Positions 51,815-60,914 of a stretch of DNA of 64,000 nucleotides are shown here, one piece after another. The notes beneath the pieces were generated by a model. It was not told where the DNA came from and did not search any database. It was given only the letters and a program-made list of their open reading frames with translations. How positions within the stretch are numbered: the stretch's first letter is position 1; every line of letters starts with the position of its first letter. Origin of the DNA: Rhabdothermincola salaria (GTDB lineage: Bacteria; Actinomycetota; Acidimicrobiia; Acidimicrobiales; Acidimicrobilacustridaceae); NCBI RefSeq assembly GCF_021246445.1, contig NZ_JAJQXW010000001.1, positions 1,382,168-1,446,167 of the forward strand, in the 5' to 3' direction. The position numbers and the translations under genes are program-made.

Positions 51815-52918
51815 CTACTTGGCCAGCTTGATGGCATAGACCCCGCCCACACCGACCGGCCCCCCACCGGTGATGCCTCCCTCGACCTGCCCACCGACGA
51901 GGTAGCCGCAGAACTTGGGGTTGGGGGTACCGAGGTCCTCGCACGGGCCCTTGTCCGCACCGTTTCCGAGTGAGTAGACCTCGAACACCGAGAACCCCAC
52001 GATGTAGACCTCGGCGTTGCTGCCGGTGCCTCGGGCGTTGCTGGCCAGCGGCACCACCATGAGGCACCCGTCGAATGTCAGGGTGTTGGCCGGGCAGGCA
52101 TCGGAGCCCAGGACGGGCGTGAAGTCGCCACTGAGCGGGTCGGGATCGTCGTTGCCGGTGTCGGTGCCGGTCCACTCACCCACGATCGCGGGATCGCCGT
52201 CGCCCTTGCCCTTGAACGTGTTCGAACCACCGTCGCAGCGCTTGAAGGTCTCCGTGTTGCCCCCGCCCGGGTCCTGCAGCGGGTACAGGATGGACCCGAT
52301 GACCTCGGGCCGAACCTGGAGGTTCTGGTCGAGGATGTCGAAACCCCCCGAGTCGGCGACTCCGCACATGATGAAGGGGAACGTCGCCCCGGTGCCGACC
52401 AGGGGTTGGAGCGTGGCCGCCGCCTCGGTGCGGGCCGAGACGGTCTCGATGCCACCCACCTGGGCGAAGAACGTCTCCTTGTCCGCGCTCGTCTCCACCT
52501 CGACACCCGACGCTGACCCAGCGTTCGCCGATGCCCAGGTCGCCCCGGATCCGCAGATGTCGACCGGCGACCCGATCGGCAGCCGGCGCACCTGGTCGTC
52601 GACGAACCAGCACTTGAGCCGATCACCCGTCACGTCGGCACCATTGGCCTCGGCGACGGTGCGGACCTGGTCGGTCACGCTGCTCAGCCCGGGTGCGGGC
52701 TGGGAACGCTGGGTGGCGAACGCCGCAGCTCCGGCCATGGCCGCCGCGTCCGAGGCGTTCTGCATCTGGCGACGGTTGGCGTAGGCCTGCCCCCCGTCGA
52801 TCGCCAGCGCAGCAACCAGGACCAGCGCCAGGGCGAAGCCAGCCACGAGTACCGCCGCGACACCTCGATCGTCCCGGTGGGTCCGGTTGGGGGTTCGTGG
52901 ACCAGGATTTGGCATCAT
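51815..52918 (-). CDS. TadG-like pilin-related protein (Tad N-terminus, Cys-rich C-terminal domain)
   Basis: DDRG|VAAVLV TM, AIDGG, RRQMQNASDAAAMAGA. Confidence 0.85.
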   Translation of the reverse strand: MMPNPGPRTPNRTHRDDRGVAAVLVAGFALALVLVAALAIDGGQAYANRRQMQNASDAAAMAGAAAFATQRSQPAPGLSSVTDQVRTVAEANGADVTGDRLKCWFVDDQVRRLPIGSPVDICGSGATWASANAGSASGVEVETSADKETFFAQVGGIETVSARTEAAATLQPLVGTGATFPFIMCGVADSGGFDILDQNLQVRPEVIGSILYPLQDPGGGNTETFKRCDGGSNTFKGKGDGDPAIVGEWTGTDTGNDDPDPLSGDFTPVLGSDACPANTLTFDGCLMVVPLASNARGTGSNAEVYIVGFSVFEVYSLGNGADKGPCEDLGTPNPKFCGYLVGGQVEGGITGGGPVGVGGVYAIKLAK

Positions 52919-52928
52919 CTGTCCGATC

Positions 52929-53828
52929 TCAGTTCGAGCCCATCGTGAACTGGTACTGGCCGATCACCACGTCGGTGCCGGTGAGGACCTGGAACTGGAC
53001 GACACCAGGGGTCCAGCCAGGGGCATTGCCCTGGGAGGGCTTGTGGTTCGCCGACCAGGTGTAGGCGTAGGTGTTCGGCGTGCTCTGCGGGTTCAGCTGT
53101 TGTGTCAGCGACGGTGGGTTCGTCCCGTCGGCGGTGTAGAAGATGCGGATCTTCGGGATGCCACACGACCCGTCGCCGTTGGTGACGATGTCGGCGATCG
53201 TCATCGCGCTGCGCAGCTGGCCGTTCGACTTGGCCGCGGCACCGGTGATGGTGGGGACGAGGTTCGTGCTCAGCTGACAGCCCGTCGACGGTGGTGCGGT
53301 GCTGGTCGTCGTCGAGGCCGGCGTGGTGGTGGACGTCGAGGCCGTGGTGGAGGTGGTGGGGGTGACCGTCACGGGCCCACCCACCAGCGTCATGGTGGAG
53401 GTGCTCTCGATGGTGGAGGGGACCAGAGGACCGAAGAAGGTGAGATCGGTGTGGGGCCACGAGACGGCGACCTCGATCGATCCGGTGATGGGGACGGTCG
53501 AGCACGCGGCGGCGGCTCCCGCCGTGGTGAGGCAGCGGACGTCGACCGACACGTTGTCCTGGCCGGCGAGGCGGGCATTGACCGCCGCCACGATCGCGTC
53601 GTTGTCGGCGCTGCCCACGATGTCTGCCTCGCGGTAGCCGAGGATGCCGACGCGGGCGCCATCGCGGGCCGCTGAGCTGGCCTGACCCTGCTGGAACTCC
53701 ACCAGGGAGAACTCGACGAAGCCGAGCAGCAGCGCGAGCAACAACGGGAGCACGAGCGCCGCCTCGACGATCACGGCCCCCTGCTCACCGACCGAGCGGC
53801 GCGACGACGTCGGGGCCCCGGCCGTCAC
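52929..53828 (-). CDS. TadE-like minor pilin with Thr-rich linker and extra C-terminal domain
   Basis: EQG|AVIVEAALVLP, AARDGAR, TTSTTASTSTTT linker. Confidence 0.85.
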   Translation of the reverse strand: MTAGAPTSSRRSVGEQGAVIVEAALVLPLLLALLLGFVEFSLVEFQQGQASSAARDGARVGILGYREADIVGSADNDAIVAAVNARLAGQDNVSVDVRCLTTAGAAAACSTVPITGSIEVAVSWPHTDLTFFGPLVPSTIESTSTMTLVGGPVTVTPTTSTTASTSTTTPASTTTSTAPPSTGCQLSTNLVPTITGAAAKSNGQLRSAMTIADIVTNGDGSCGIPKIRIFYTADGTNPPSLTQQLNPQSTPNTYAYTWSANHKPSQGNAPGWTPGVVQFQVLTGTDVVIGQYQFTMGSN

Positions 53829-54289
53829 CCCTGCACCGCCACTTCGGCCGAACCGTCGATCCCGAGCACCGAGCCGGTGAGGGCTCCGACCAGGGGGGTG
53901 ACGATCGGCATCTCGGTGGTGACCACGACCTCGAGGAGATCGCCCGACAGGGCGCTGCCGGAGCAGCCCGTCAGCTCGGTGATCACTCCCCCACGGTCTC
54001 GGAACACCTGGACCTCGACGTCGGCGCCGGGGCTCTCGGCCTGCACCTCGCCGACGATGTCGTCGCCCGACGAACACTCGACCCGGCCGGGGTGGAACTG
54101 GCCGTAGAAGGCACCCTCACGGGCCATGTTCGTGACCTGGTTCTGTAGTTGGTAGGCGCGGCCGAGGTCGATCGTGCCGAAGACCAACACGGCGAGGAAG
54201 GGCAGGAGCAGGGCGAACTCCACGAGCACGGCACCCGCGTCGTCACGAAGGCGTCGGCCCCCACGAGAGTCCTGGGACGGCTGCCCCAT
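53825..54289 (-). CDS. TadE family minor pilin
   Basis: DAG|AVLVEFALLLP, DLGR, AREGA; GGAAGGAAG RBS. Confidence 0.9.
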   Translation of the reverse strand: MGQPSQDSRGGRRLRDDAGAVLVEFALLLPFLAVLVFGTIDLGRAYQLQNQVTNMAREGAFYGQFHPGRVECSSGDDIVGEVQAESPGADVEVQVFRDRGGVITELTGCSGSALSGDLLEVVVTTEMPIVTPLVGALTGSVLGIDGSAEVAVQG

Positions 54290-54347
54290 GGATCACCACT
54301 TCCTTCCCGTCCAGCACGGCGAGGACCGTCCAGGCACCTCGGGAGGG

Positions 54348-54392
54348 AGTGTACACAACCTCAAGAAGCTCGACCACCCTCTGTGGTCGAGC
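54348..54392 (-). promoter_or_regulatory. Candidate promoter (-10 TACACT) with inverted repeat over the -35 region
   Basis: AGTGTA at 54348-54353; GCTCGACCAC-CCTCT-GTGGTCGAGC at 54368-54392. Confidence 0.45.
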
Positions 54393-54539
54393 AGAACTCA
54401 GCACTTGTCACGTGCGATCAGGTTGTCCAGGTGATGCGAGCCGATGGCTCACAGAGACCCTACCCGTTGGCGGCCCTCACCGGCGAGGCAACCGGGCGCG
54501 CCTCGAGCATGGTCCGGCCAGCGATCCTCGGCGCGCGGG

Positions 54540-56159
54540 TCAGCGCACCAGCGTCACGAACCGGTTCACGCCGATCTCGGACGGGGCCTCGGGGCCACCG
54601 AGGCCGCCGGGCAGCATGGTCTCGGGGAAGAAGAAGGCCTCGACCGACGTCTGGGGGGTGTTGGGGACATCGGGGTCGGTGGGGGAGAACCCGGCGTCCC
54701 ACACCGACCGGGCGTTGCCCAGGTTGAGGCGGTTGATGTAGATGGCCCTGAACTCGATGAAGCGGATCTGACCTGAACCGCCCGACGGGATCACGTCGGT
54801 CACCGGGGAGTACCCGAAACGAGGCGAGTACTGGATGTCGTAGAGGTCCGGTTCGTCGCCGCTGCTGTTGCGTGCGAAGACGGGAGCGGTGCACCCGCTG
54901 GCGCACTCGGGCGGCACGGGATCCTCCTCTTCCAGTTCACCGGGGAAGCCGTCCCAGGTACGACCCGAGTAGTGGTCGAAGCACCGCACGAGGAGGCCGA
55001 GGTACTTGTCCGACTGCTCGTCGAAGCCCTCAAGATGGGCCGCGACACCCGGATCGAGGTCGCCGTTGTCGGTCAGGTCGGTGTAGCGATTGCCCGAGTC
55101 ATCGAGGAACTGATCGCGTTTGCAGCTCGGAGGGATGTCGGCGAGCTGCGCCTCACCCGGCCCGTAGTTCTCGGGGATGAACCACCACAGCGGGGTGTTG
55201 TCGAGGTCGCGACCGTCGTAGGTGGTGATGCGGGGCGGGAGCACCGACCCCACACCGGCGTCGCGCTGCAACCGGGGCCCGTCGCCGTCGCGAAACTGCG
55301 CCGAGGACCCGGTCAGGAGGCCGTCGCGGACCTCGCTCGGCTGGTTGCCGGTGAAGTTCTCGGTGGCGTTGGGCGCCAGCGGACAGCCAGGGGAGATGTC
55401 GACCACGACGTTGGAGCCGTGGGGGTCACCGTTGTAGAGGCTGAGGTCGTGGTCGACGCCCGCCCCGGCGTTGTCGACGAGCATCGACTTCGCCTCGTTG
55501 ATGTTCCCGCCGACCTCGCAGGTCGGGGTGTGGTAGCTGAAGCGCAACGGAAAGAAGCTGCCAGTGGCGGGATCGCAGTCGGAGGGGCCGTCGGCCAGGA
55601 GGCAGTCGTAGCCGTTGGCCGCAACTCCCGTGGTGGTGAAGAAGGGCAGCACCCCGCCGAAGCCGGCCCCTTCGAGACCAGCGATGGCGAACGCCGAGTG
55701 ACGGTAGTCGCCGAGACCGACCACCCCGCCGAACGCCGTGGGATAGAAGCGGTCCGGGAGGCGGACGCGCACCTCTGAGCCCTCGTAGGAGATGCAACTG
55801 GCGCTCGCCGTCTGGCTCGCCAGCGCCGCGGGATCGGGGCGAGGGCAGCTGTTCCAGCCATCCGCACCATCGGGGATGGTCGTTCCGAGCGTGTCGTGGG
55901 CGTAGGTCTTGGCCGTGGCCACCATGGCGGCTTCGCCGTTGCGCAGGTCCTGCGCGGCGGCAAGGGCCGACACGTCGGCTGCCGTCTGGTCCTGGCGACG
56001 AGCGGCGTACACGCCACCCATGTCGACGGCGAACGCGGCGAAGATGATCAGCACGACGAGCATGAGGGCGACCAGGATCAGGGTGATGCCGGCGTCGTCT
56101 CGCAACCGGCGAGCGACGCCGTGGCGCGCCCCCCGAGCGGGTGTCGACCTGCGCCGCAT
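54540..56159 (-). CDS. Large TadG-like pilin-related protein (539 aa)
   Basis: DAG|ITLILVAL TM, AVDMG, RRQDQTAADVSALAAA; Cys/Asp-rich C-terminus ending VTLVR. Confidence 0.85.
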   Translation of the reverse strand: MRRRSTPARGARHGVARRLRDDAGITLILVALMLVVLIIFAAFAVDMGGVYAARRQDQTAADVSALAAAQDLRNGEAAMVATAKTYAHDTLGTTIPDGADGWNSCPRPDPAALASQTASASCISYEGSEVRVRLPDRFYPTAFGGVVGLGDYRHSAFAIAGLEGAGFGGVLPFFTTTGVAANGYDCLLADGPSDCDPATGSFFPLRFSYHTPTCEVGGNINEAKSMLVDNAGAGVDHDLSLYNGDPHGSNVVVDISPGCPLAPNATENFTGNQPSEVRDGLLTGSSAQFRDGDGPRLQRDAGVGSVLPPRITTYDGRDLDNTPLWWFIPENYGPGEAQLADIPPSCKRDQFLDDSGNRYTDLTDNGDLDPGVAAHLEGFDEQSDKYLGLLVRCFDHYSGRTWDGFPGELEEEDPVPPECASGCTAPVFARNSSGDEPDLYDIQYSPRFGYSPVTDVIPSGGSGQIRFIEFRAIYINRLNLGNARSVWDAGFSPTDPDVPNTPQTSVEAFFFPETMLPGGLGGPEAPSEIGVNRFVTLVR

Positions 56160-56617
56160 CACGGACACGCCTGAGATGCGACGGCCACGAACGTGGCGGG
56201 ACGTTCGAGGCGGCTCGTGGCCTCGCTCGTGAGGCTGGTGGGCAGGAACGGGTCGAGGAAGCCGGTGAGGCTGTCGACGCCCTGGGTCACCTCGACGGTC
56301 ACCGGGTCGCCTGTGGCGCTGCCGGCGCCGTCGAATCGGATCTCCACGGTGGACTCGTCGGGATTGGTGAGCCGATCGCAGGTCTCGGCCACGATCTCCG
56401 CGCTCTGCGCGCCGCCGGTGGCCCCGGCAGTGGACCGGTAGTTCACCGCCGTGAGCCGTGCCGACTCGCGGGCTCCGTGCCGCACGTCGAGGTACTGGCC
56501 GAAGGTCCACCCGAACTCGATGATGCCGAACAGGAGCAGGGCGAGGAACGGCAGGACGAGGGCGAACTCCACGAGGGCAGCGCCCTCGTCGTTGCGGGCT
56601 CGGGCTCGGCTCAACAT
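56159..56617 (-). CDS. TadE family minor pilin
   Basis: DEG|AALVEFALVLP, GIIEFG, GARESAR. Confidence 0.9.
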   Translation of the reverse strand: MLSRARARNDEGAALVEFALVLPFLALLLFGIIEFGWTFGQYLDVRHGARESARLTAVNYRSTAGATGGAQSAEIVAETCDRLTNPDESTVEIRFDGAGSATGDPVTVEVTQGVDSLTGFLDPFLPTSLTSEATSRLERPATFVAVASQACP

Positions 56618-57276
56618 GCCGATGCTCCGTCAGCCTTGTCCACCGAGTAGGTCACGGGGGCCTCGCCGTAGGTCACGTCGTCGCCGACGACATCGGTGAT
56701 CACCAGCTCCACGCGGCTGTCGTCCTTGGCCGGATCGCTGTTGCCGAAGGTGAGCTTCTGGCGGGAGATGACCACTTCGCCGCCCAGGTTGGAGGTGACC
56801 TCGACGTCGTCGGTGCCGGTCAACCCGCTCTGGCGGAACGTTCGCAACTCACCCAGCACCGTGACCCCCACGACCGGATCACCGGTGTTCTGGTCCACGA
56901 GGTCGAAGGTGAAGCGGGCCAGCCACTTCTTCGCACCGTTGTCGTCGTCCCAGCACGCCTGCACGTTCTGGATGGTGGCGATCGCCGTCCCGGGAAGGAC
57001 CGTCGTCACGCTGGAGGGAGGCGGTGGCGTGGAGGTGCCGGGAGAGAGACCAGCGTCGTCGACGTCGGGAGCCCCGACGCGGTTCGCCCGATCACTCAGC
57101 TCCGAGGAGCCCTCGTCGGTCACGTACTGGACCGCCCCGATGATCGCCACGACGACGACACCGACGATGAGGGCGTACTCGACGAGGCTGGCACCCCGGT
57201 CCCGCTCGGCGGTGCGCGAGGCGTCATCCCGGTGCCGCTTCGGGCCTCGAGGGGAGTTGGTCCAGGGGGTCCTCAC
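56611..57276 (-). CDS. Flp-type pilin N-terminus fused to a long C-terminal domain
   Basis: DRG|ASLVEYALIVGVVVVAIIGAV Flp motif, then Pro/Thr linker and beta-rich domain; start uncertain (57276 or 57297). Confidence 0.8.
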   Translation of the reverse strand: MRTPWTNSPRGPKRHRDDASRTAERDRGASLVEYALIVGVVVVAIIGAVQYVTDEGSSELSDRANRVGAPDVDDAGLSPGTSTPPPPSSVTTVLPGTAIATIQNVQACWDDDNGAKKWLARFTFDLVDQNTGDPVVGVTVLGELRTFRQSGLTGTDDVEVTSNLGGEVVISRQKLTFGNSDPAKDDSRVELVITDVVGDDVTYGEAPVTYSVDKADGASAC

Positions 57277-57317
57277 ATGACGAACATCGCCTGACACTGC
57301 CCGCGCGATACGGGCGG

Positions 57318-57346
57318 CACCGATCTCACTCTGAGTGAGATCGGTG
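57318..57346. promoter_or_regulatory. Perfect 29-bp palindrome with a BldD-box-like core
   Basis: CACCGATCTCACTC-T-GAGTGAGATCGGTG; core CTCACTCTGAGTGAG at 57325-57339. Confidence 0.55.
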
Positions 57347-57360
57347 GCCGGGACCCGGAC

Positions 57361-58191
57361 TCAGTCGGAAACGCCCTGGCCGCGACCCGGATCGGTGTCC
57401 GACGGGTTCCCACCACCCTGACCCGGAGCCGTCCCCGACGGATTCCCACCACCCTGACCAGGTGCGGTGCCCGACGGGTTCTCCCCGCCCTGACCCGGCG
57501 CCGTCACCGACGGGTTCTCCCCGCCCTGACCCGGCGCCGTCACCGACGGGTTCTCGCCACCCTGACCCGGCGCCGTCACCGACGGGTTCTCGCCACCCTG
57601 ACCCGGCGCCGTCACCGACGGGTTCTCGCCACCCTGGCCGGGCGCGGTCACCGACGGGTTCTCGCCACCCTGGCCGGGAGCCTCGCCGGTCAGGCCCGGA
57701 GCGTTCTCGGAGTTGCCCGGCCCACCACCCTCTTGCCCGGGTGCGTTCTCGGAGTTGCCCGGGGCGTCGCCGCCACGACCGGGGGCATCGTCGGACTGGC
57801 CACGAGGGATGTCGATGCCGAGCGGCTCGACGGCGTCGGAGACGAAGTCCTGGATGGGGGCCGGCAGCGAACCGGAGGCGGCGGCCACTCCCCCGCCGCC
57901 GAACACCAGCACCGCCGACGCGGCCACACCAGCCAACACGGCAGTGCGCTTGCGAGAACGGCGGGTGGCCAGCTCGTCGGGGCGGGCGGCGGCGATGAGG
58001 TCCCGCTCGGGGGCCTCGTGGCGCAGGATGCGACCGTCGGGGCCGGTGATCCGGGCCAGGTGGGCCCGCACGACGTCATCGGCTGGCGGCTGCGCGAAGG
58101 CCTCACGGACCGCGTCCGAGACACCACGCATGGTCGTCTCGTCGAGTCCCGAGTCGCCCTCGTCGCGCCGCCGTGGCGTCTCTTCGGCCAT
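57361..58191 (-). CDS. Putative anti-sigma factor: single TM with repetitive extracytoplasmic tail
   Basis: Directly downstream of the ECF sigma; RRSRKR then TM helix, then Gly/Pro/Asn repeats. Confidence 0.72.
   Translation of the reverse strand: MAEETPRRRDEGDSGLDETTMRGVSDAVREAFAQPPADDVVRAHLARITGPDGRILRHEAPERDLIAAARPDELATRRSRKRTAVLAGVAASAVLVFGGGGVAAASGSLPAPIQDFVSDAVEPLGIDIPRGQSDDAPGRGGDAPGNSENAPGQEGGGPGNSENAPGLTGEAPGQGGENPSVTAPGQGGENPSVTAPGQGGENPSVTAPGQGGENPSVTAPGQGGENPSVTAPGQGGENPSGTAPGQGGGNPSGTAPGQGGGNPSDTDPGRGQGVSD
57394..57681 (-). repeat. Eight in-frame 36-bp tandem repeats (APGQGGENPSVT and variants)
   Basis: 5x APGQGGENPSVT, then APGQGGENPSGT, APGQGGGNPSGT, APGQGGGNPSDT. Confidence 0.95.
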
Positions 58192-58267
58192 CACGCCACC
58201 ACCATCGTCGTCAGCAACACTTTCGATACGGCCACGGGACGCGTTCGGCGACGAAGGGCCATCCGGC

Positions 58268-58828
58268 TCATGTCTCGTCCCCCAGGCTGTCGGCCATCTG
58301 GCGTCCCATGGTGGCGACGGCGCGGCGCAGCAGCGCCTTCACCGCCGGCTCGCCCTTGCCCACGATGTCGGCGATGTCGGCGATGGGCAGGTCGGCCAGG
58401 ACCCGGAGCAGCAGGACGGACCGCTGATCGGGGGTGAGGCGGTCGACCGCGGCGATCACGTTCTGCACCCGAAGCCGTGACATGGCATCGGCCTCACCGT
58501 CGCCGCCGGCGCCCAAGGCGCCCTCCATCACCTCGGCGTCCATCGGCGCCTCCGGGCGCCGCCCCCGTCGGCGCCGCTCGTCGACCACCCGGCGGTGGGC
58601 GATCGTGAACAACCACCCTCGGAAGGCGTCCTCGTCGCCCTCGAAGTGCGCCAGGTTGCGCACCATCGACACGAACACCTCCGAGACCACGTCCTCGGGG
58701 TCGGAGATGCCCTGCGCCCGCACGTAGCCCAGCACCCGCGGCACGGAGTCGACGTACAGACGGGTGACGGCGTCGTCGCTGCCGGACTTGGCGGCCGCCA
58801 GAACCGACTCGAAGTCGTCGCCGATCAC
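58268..58828 (-). CDS. ECF RNA polymerase sigma factor
   Basis: Region 2 EDVVSEVF..FRGWLFTIAHRR; region 4 LTPDQRSVLLLR..IADIVGK..AVKALLRRA. Confidence 0.93.
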   Translation of the reverse strand: MIGDDFESVLAAAKSGSDDAVTRLYVDSVPRVLGYVRAQGISDPEDVVSEVFVSMVRNLAHFEGDEDAFRGWLFTIAHRRVVDERRRRGRRPEAPMDAEVMEGALGAGGDGEADAMSRLRVQNVIAAVDRLTPDQRSVLLLRVLADLPIADIADIVGKGEPAVKALLRRAVATMGRQMADSLGDET

Positions 58829-58933
58829 GTTCCGACGCTACCGGGCGCCACAGGACGCAGCCGACGGGCCACCACGGGCGCGATCGGTTGGACGGTCGGA
58901 GGACGAGGAGTGCACGGTGATGGACCGGTGGGC

Positions 58934-59347
58934 TCAGGCGTCGAGCGCCTGGCGATGGTGCTCCATCAGCCGGTACAACCGATCGAGCTCGACGACCGGT
59001 GGGAGGGCCAGACGATCGCCGGAGTTGAGCTCGACCTCCAGGTGCCAGAACCCGGGGATGACGTCGATGGCCAGGATGCGGTACCAGGGGTAGGTCCGGC
59101 GCAGCGGCCAGTTCTTCTGCACCCGGAGGCCATCGTCACGCACCACCACGACGGGGCCCCAGAGGGTGCGCAGCCCCGCCAGCGAGGCCAGGGCCACGAG
59201 TGCGCTGGCCACCCGGAACCACAGGGCGGAGTCCCCCGCGACGGCCCACGACGCGGCCAGCACGGCGCACAGCACCAGCACCAGGGTGCGCAGCACCCGC
59301 GGCACCGGGCGCATGTGGAGACGGAACCCGATGGCGTTCACGTGCAC
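58934..59347 (-). CDS. Membrane protein with bacterial PH-like domain
   Basis: Two TM helices, then PVVVVRDDGLRV..RTYPW.RI; start uncertain. Confidence 0.7.
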   Translation of the reverse strand: MHVNAIGFRLHMRPVPRVLRTLVLVLCAVLAASWAVAGDSALWFRVASALVALASLAGLRTLWGPVVVVRDDGLRVQKNWPLRRTYPWYRILAIDVIPGFWHLEVELNSGDRLALPPVVELDRLYRLMEHHRQALDA

Positions 59348-59396
59348 AGTGTGGCGCCAACGGCGGCCCGACGCCCACGCGGCCCCCCGATGCCGG

Positions 59397-60914
59397 TCAC
59401 GACGACTCGATGAACTCGCGCGCCCGCTCGGCCTGGTGCTCCTGGGAACGTCGACGGCCGGGCAAGAACAGGGCGGCGACGATCGTGGCCACCACCAGCC
59501 AGAACACGACGAGGAACACCCCGTTGTAGGCGGCCTGGGCCTCCTCGAGCGGCGGGTCCACCGGAGCCACCGCCCCCATGTCGGCCACCAGCAGGGTAGC
59601 CAGCACCGCCACCCCGAGGGCGCCCGCCATCTGGCGGATGAGCTGGCTGATGGCCGTGCTCTGCGAGACGAAGCGGCTGGGCAGGCTGTTCATGGCCGCC
59701 ACCGAGCTGGGGATCTGGCACAGGCCGGCGCCGGCGCCCTGAATGATCAACACGATGGTCACCCACCGGTCGGATCCGTCCACGGTGAGGTGGGCCAGCT
59801 GCCACATCGAGAAGGCCATGATGACCAGCCCCACGACGGTGGGCGGGCGGGCCCCCACCCGGTCCGAGACCCAGCCCGAGATGGGCATCATCACGGCCGC
59901 ACCGAGCGCGGCCGGAGCGAGGAGCAGGCCCACCTCCTGGGCGTCGAGGCCGCGGACGACCTGCAACTCGATGGGGATGTAGTTGAGACGGGAGAACTGC
60001 GCCATCGTCACCAGTGCGATCACGCCCATGCCCACCGCGAAGGTCGGATAGGCGAACATCCGGAACTCGATGATCGGATGGTCCCGGCGCAGCGCCCAGC
60101 GCACCAGCACGACCAGCACCGCCAGACCGGCCCCCACCACCGCGATGGTGAGGGCCGAGGTCGGCCCCCACGACGTGGCCTGACGGGCTCCGATCACCAC
60201 CATGGCGATGCCCACCACGGCGAGCACCCAACCGGTGAGGTCGAGGGGGCGGTGCTCCCGGGCCCCGTTGTCACGCAGGACGCCGTAGGCCAGGGCGGCG
60301 GCACCCAGCCCGACGCCCACGAACACCACGAACAGCACGCGCCAGCTCGCCGCGGTGACGATCCACCCGCCGAGAGGCGGACCCACCGCCGGGGCGGCCA
60401 TGACCGCGATGCCCCAGATGCCGAGAGCGCTCCCGCGCCGGTCGGCCGGGAAGAGCTCGTAGATGGTGGCCATGCCCACCGGCATGACCGCACCCGCTCC
60501 GAGGCCCTGCACGAAACGGGCCCCGACCAGCACCTCCATCGTCGGTGCCAGCGCCGACACGGCCGCACCGGCCACGAAGCACAGCAGCGCCCCGACGTAG
60601 ACGTGCTTGCGCCCGAACCGGTCGCTCAACCAGCCGATGCCGGGCTGGATCATGACGATCCCGAGGAGGAAGGCGGTGATGACCCAGTCGACGTCGACCC
60701 CGAGCGGCGAGGGGGTGAGGTCCCGCGCCACCTCGGGCAGCGCCACCCCCATCGTCGTGGAGTTCAAGACGGCGCCGTAGGTGCCGACCAGGATCACGCC
60801 CATGGCCACCCACGGCGACTGGCGCGGGCGCGAGGGCCCGTCGTCGACGAGCGCGGACGGGTCGGCGGTGACGTCGACCTCCGCTGAGGTGTCCCCCCGC
60901 CCGGGACCGCTCAC
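59397..60914 (-). CDS. DHA2 family MFS efflux transporter (EmrB/QacA-like)
   Basis: GWLSDRFGRK motif A, RFVQGLGAG, GPPLGG, about 14 TM; GTGA overlap with upstream gene. Confidence 0.92.
   Translation of the reverse strand: MSGPGRGDTSAEVDVTADPSALVDDGPSRPRQSPWVAMGVILVGTYGAVLNSTTMGVALPEVARDLTPSPLGVDVDWVITAFLLGIVMIQPGIGWLSDRFGRKHVYVGALLCFVAGAAVSALAPTMEVLVGARFVQGLGAGAVMPVGMATIYELFPADRRGSALGIWGIAVMAAPAVGPPLGGWIVTAASWRVLFVVFVGVGLGAAALAYGVLRDNGAREHRPLDLTGWVLAVVGIAMVVIGARQATSWGPTSALTIAVVGAGLAVLVVLVRWALRRDHPIIEFRMFAYPTFAVGMGVIALVTMAQFSRLNYIPIELQVVRGLDAQEVGLLLAPAALGAAVMMPISGWVSDRVGARPPTVVGLVIMAFSMWQLAHLTVDGSDRWVTIVLIIQGAGAGLCQIPSSVAAMNSLPSRFVSQSTAISQLIRQMAGALGVAVLATLLVADMGAVAPVDPPLEEAQAAYNGVFLVVFWLVVATIVAALFLPGRRRSQEHQAERAREFIESS

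Noticed and set aside
57394..57681. 36-bp repeats as a CRISPR array
   Set aside because: Head-to-tail with no unique spacers, in frame within a CDS, and no cas genes
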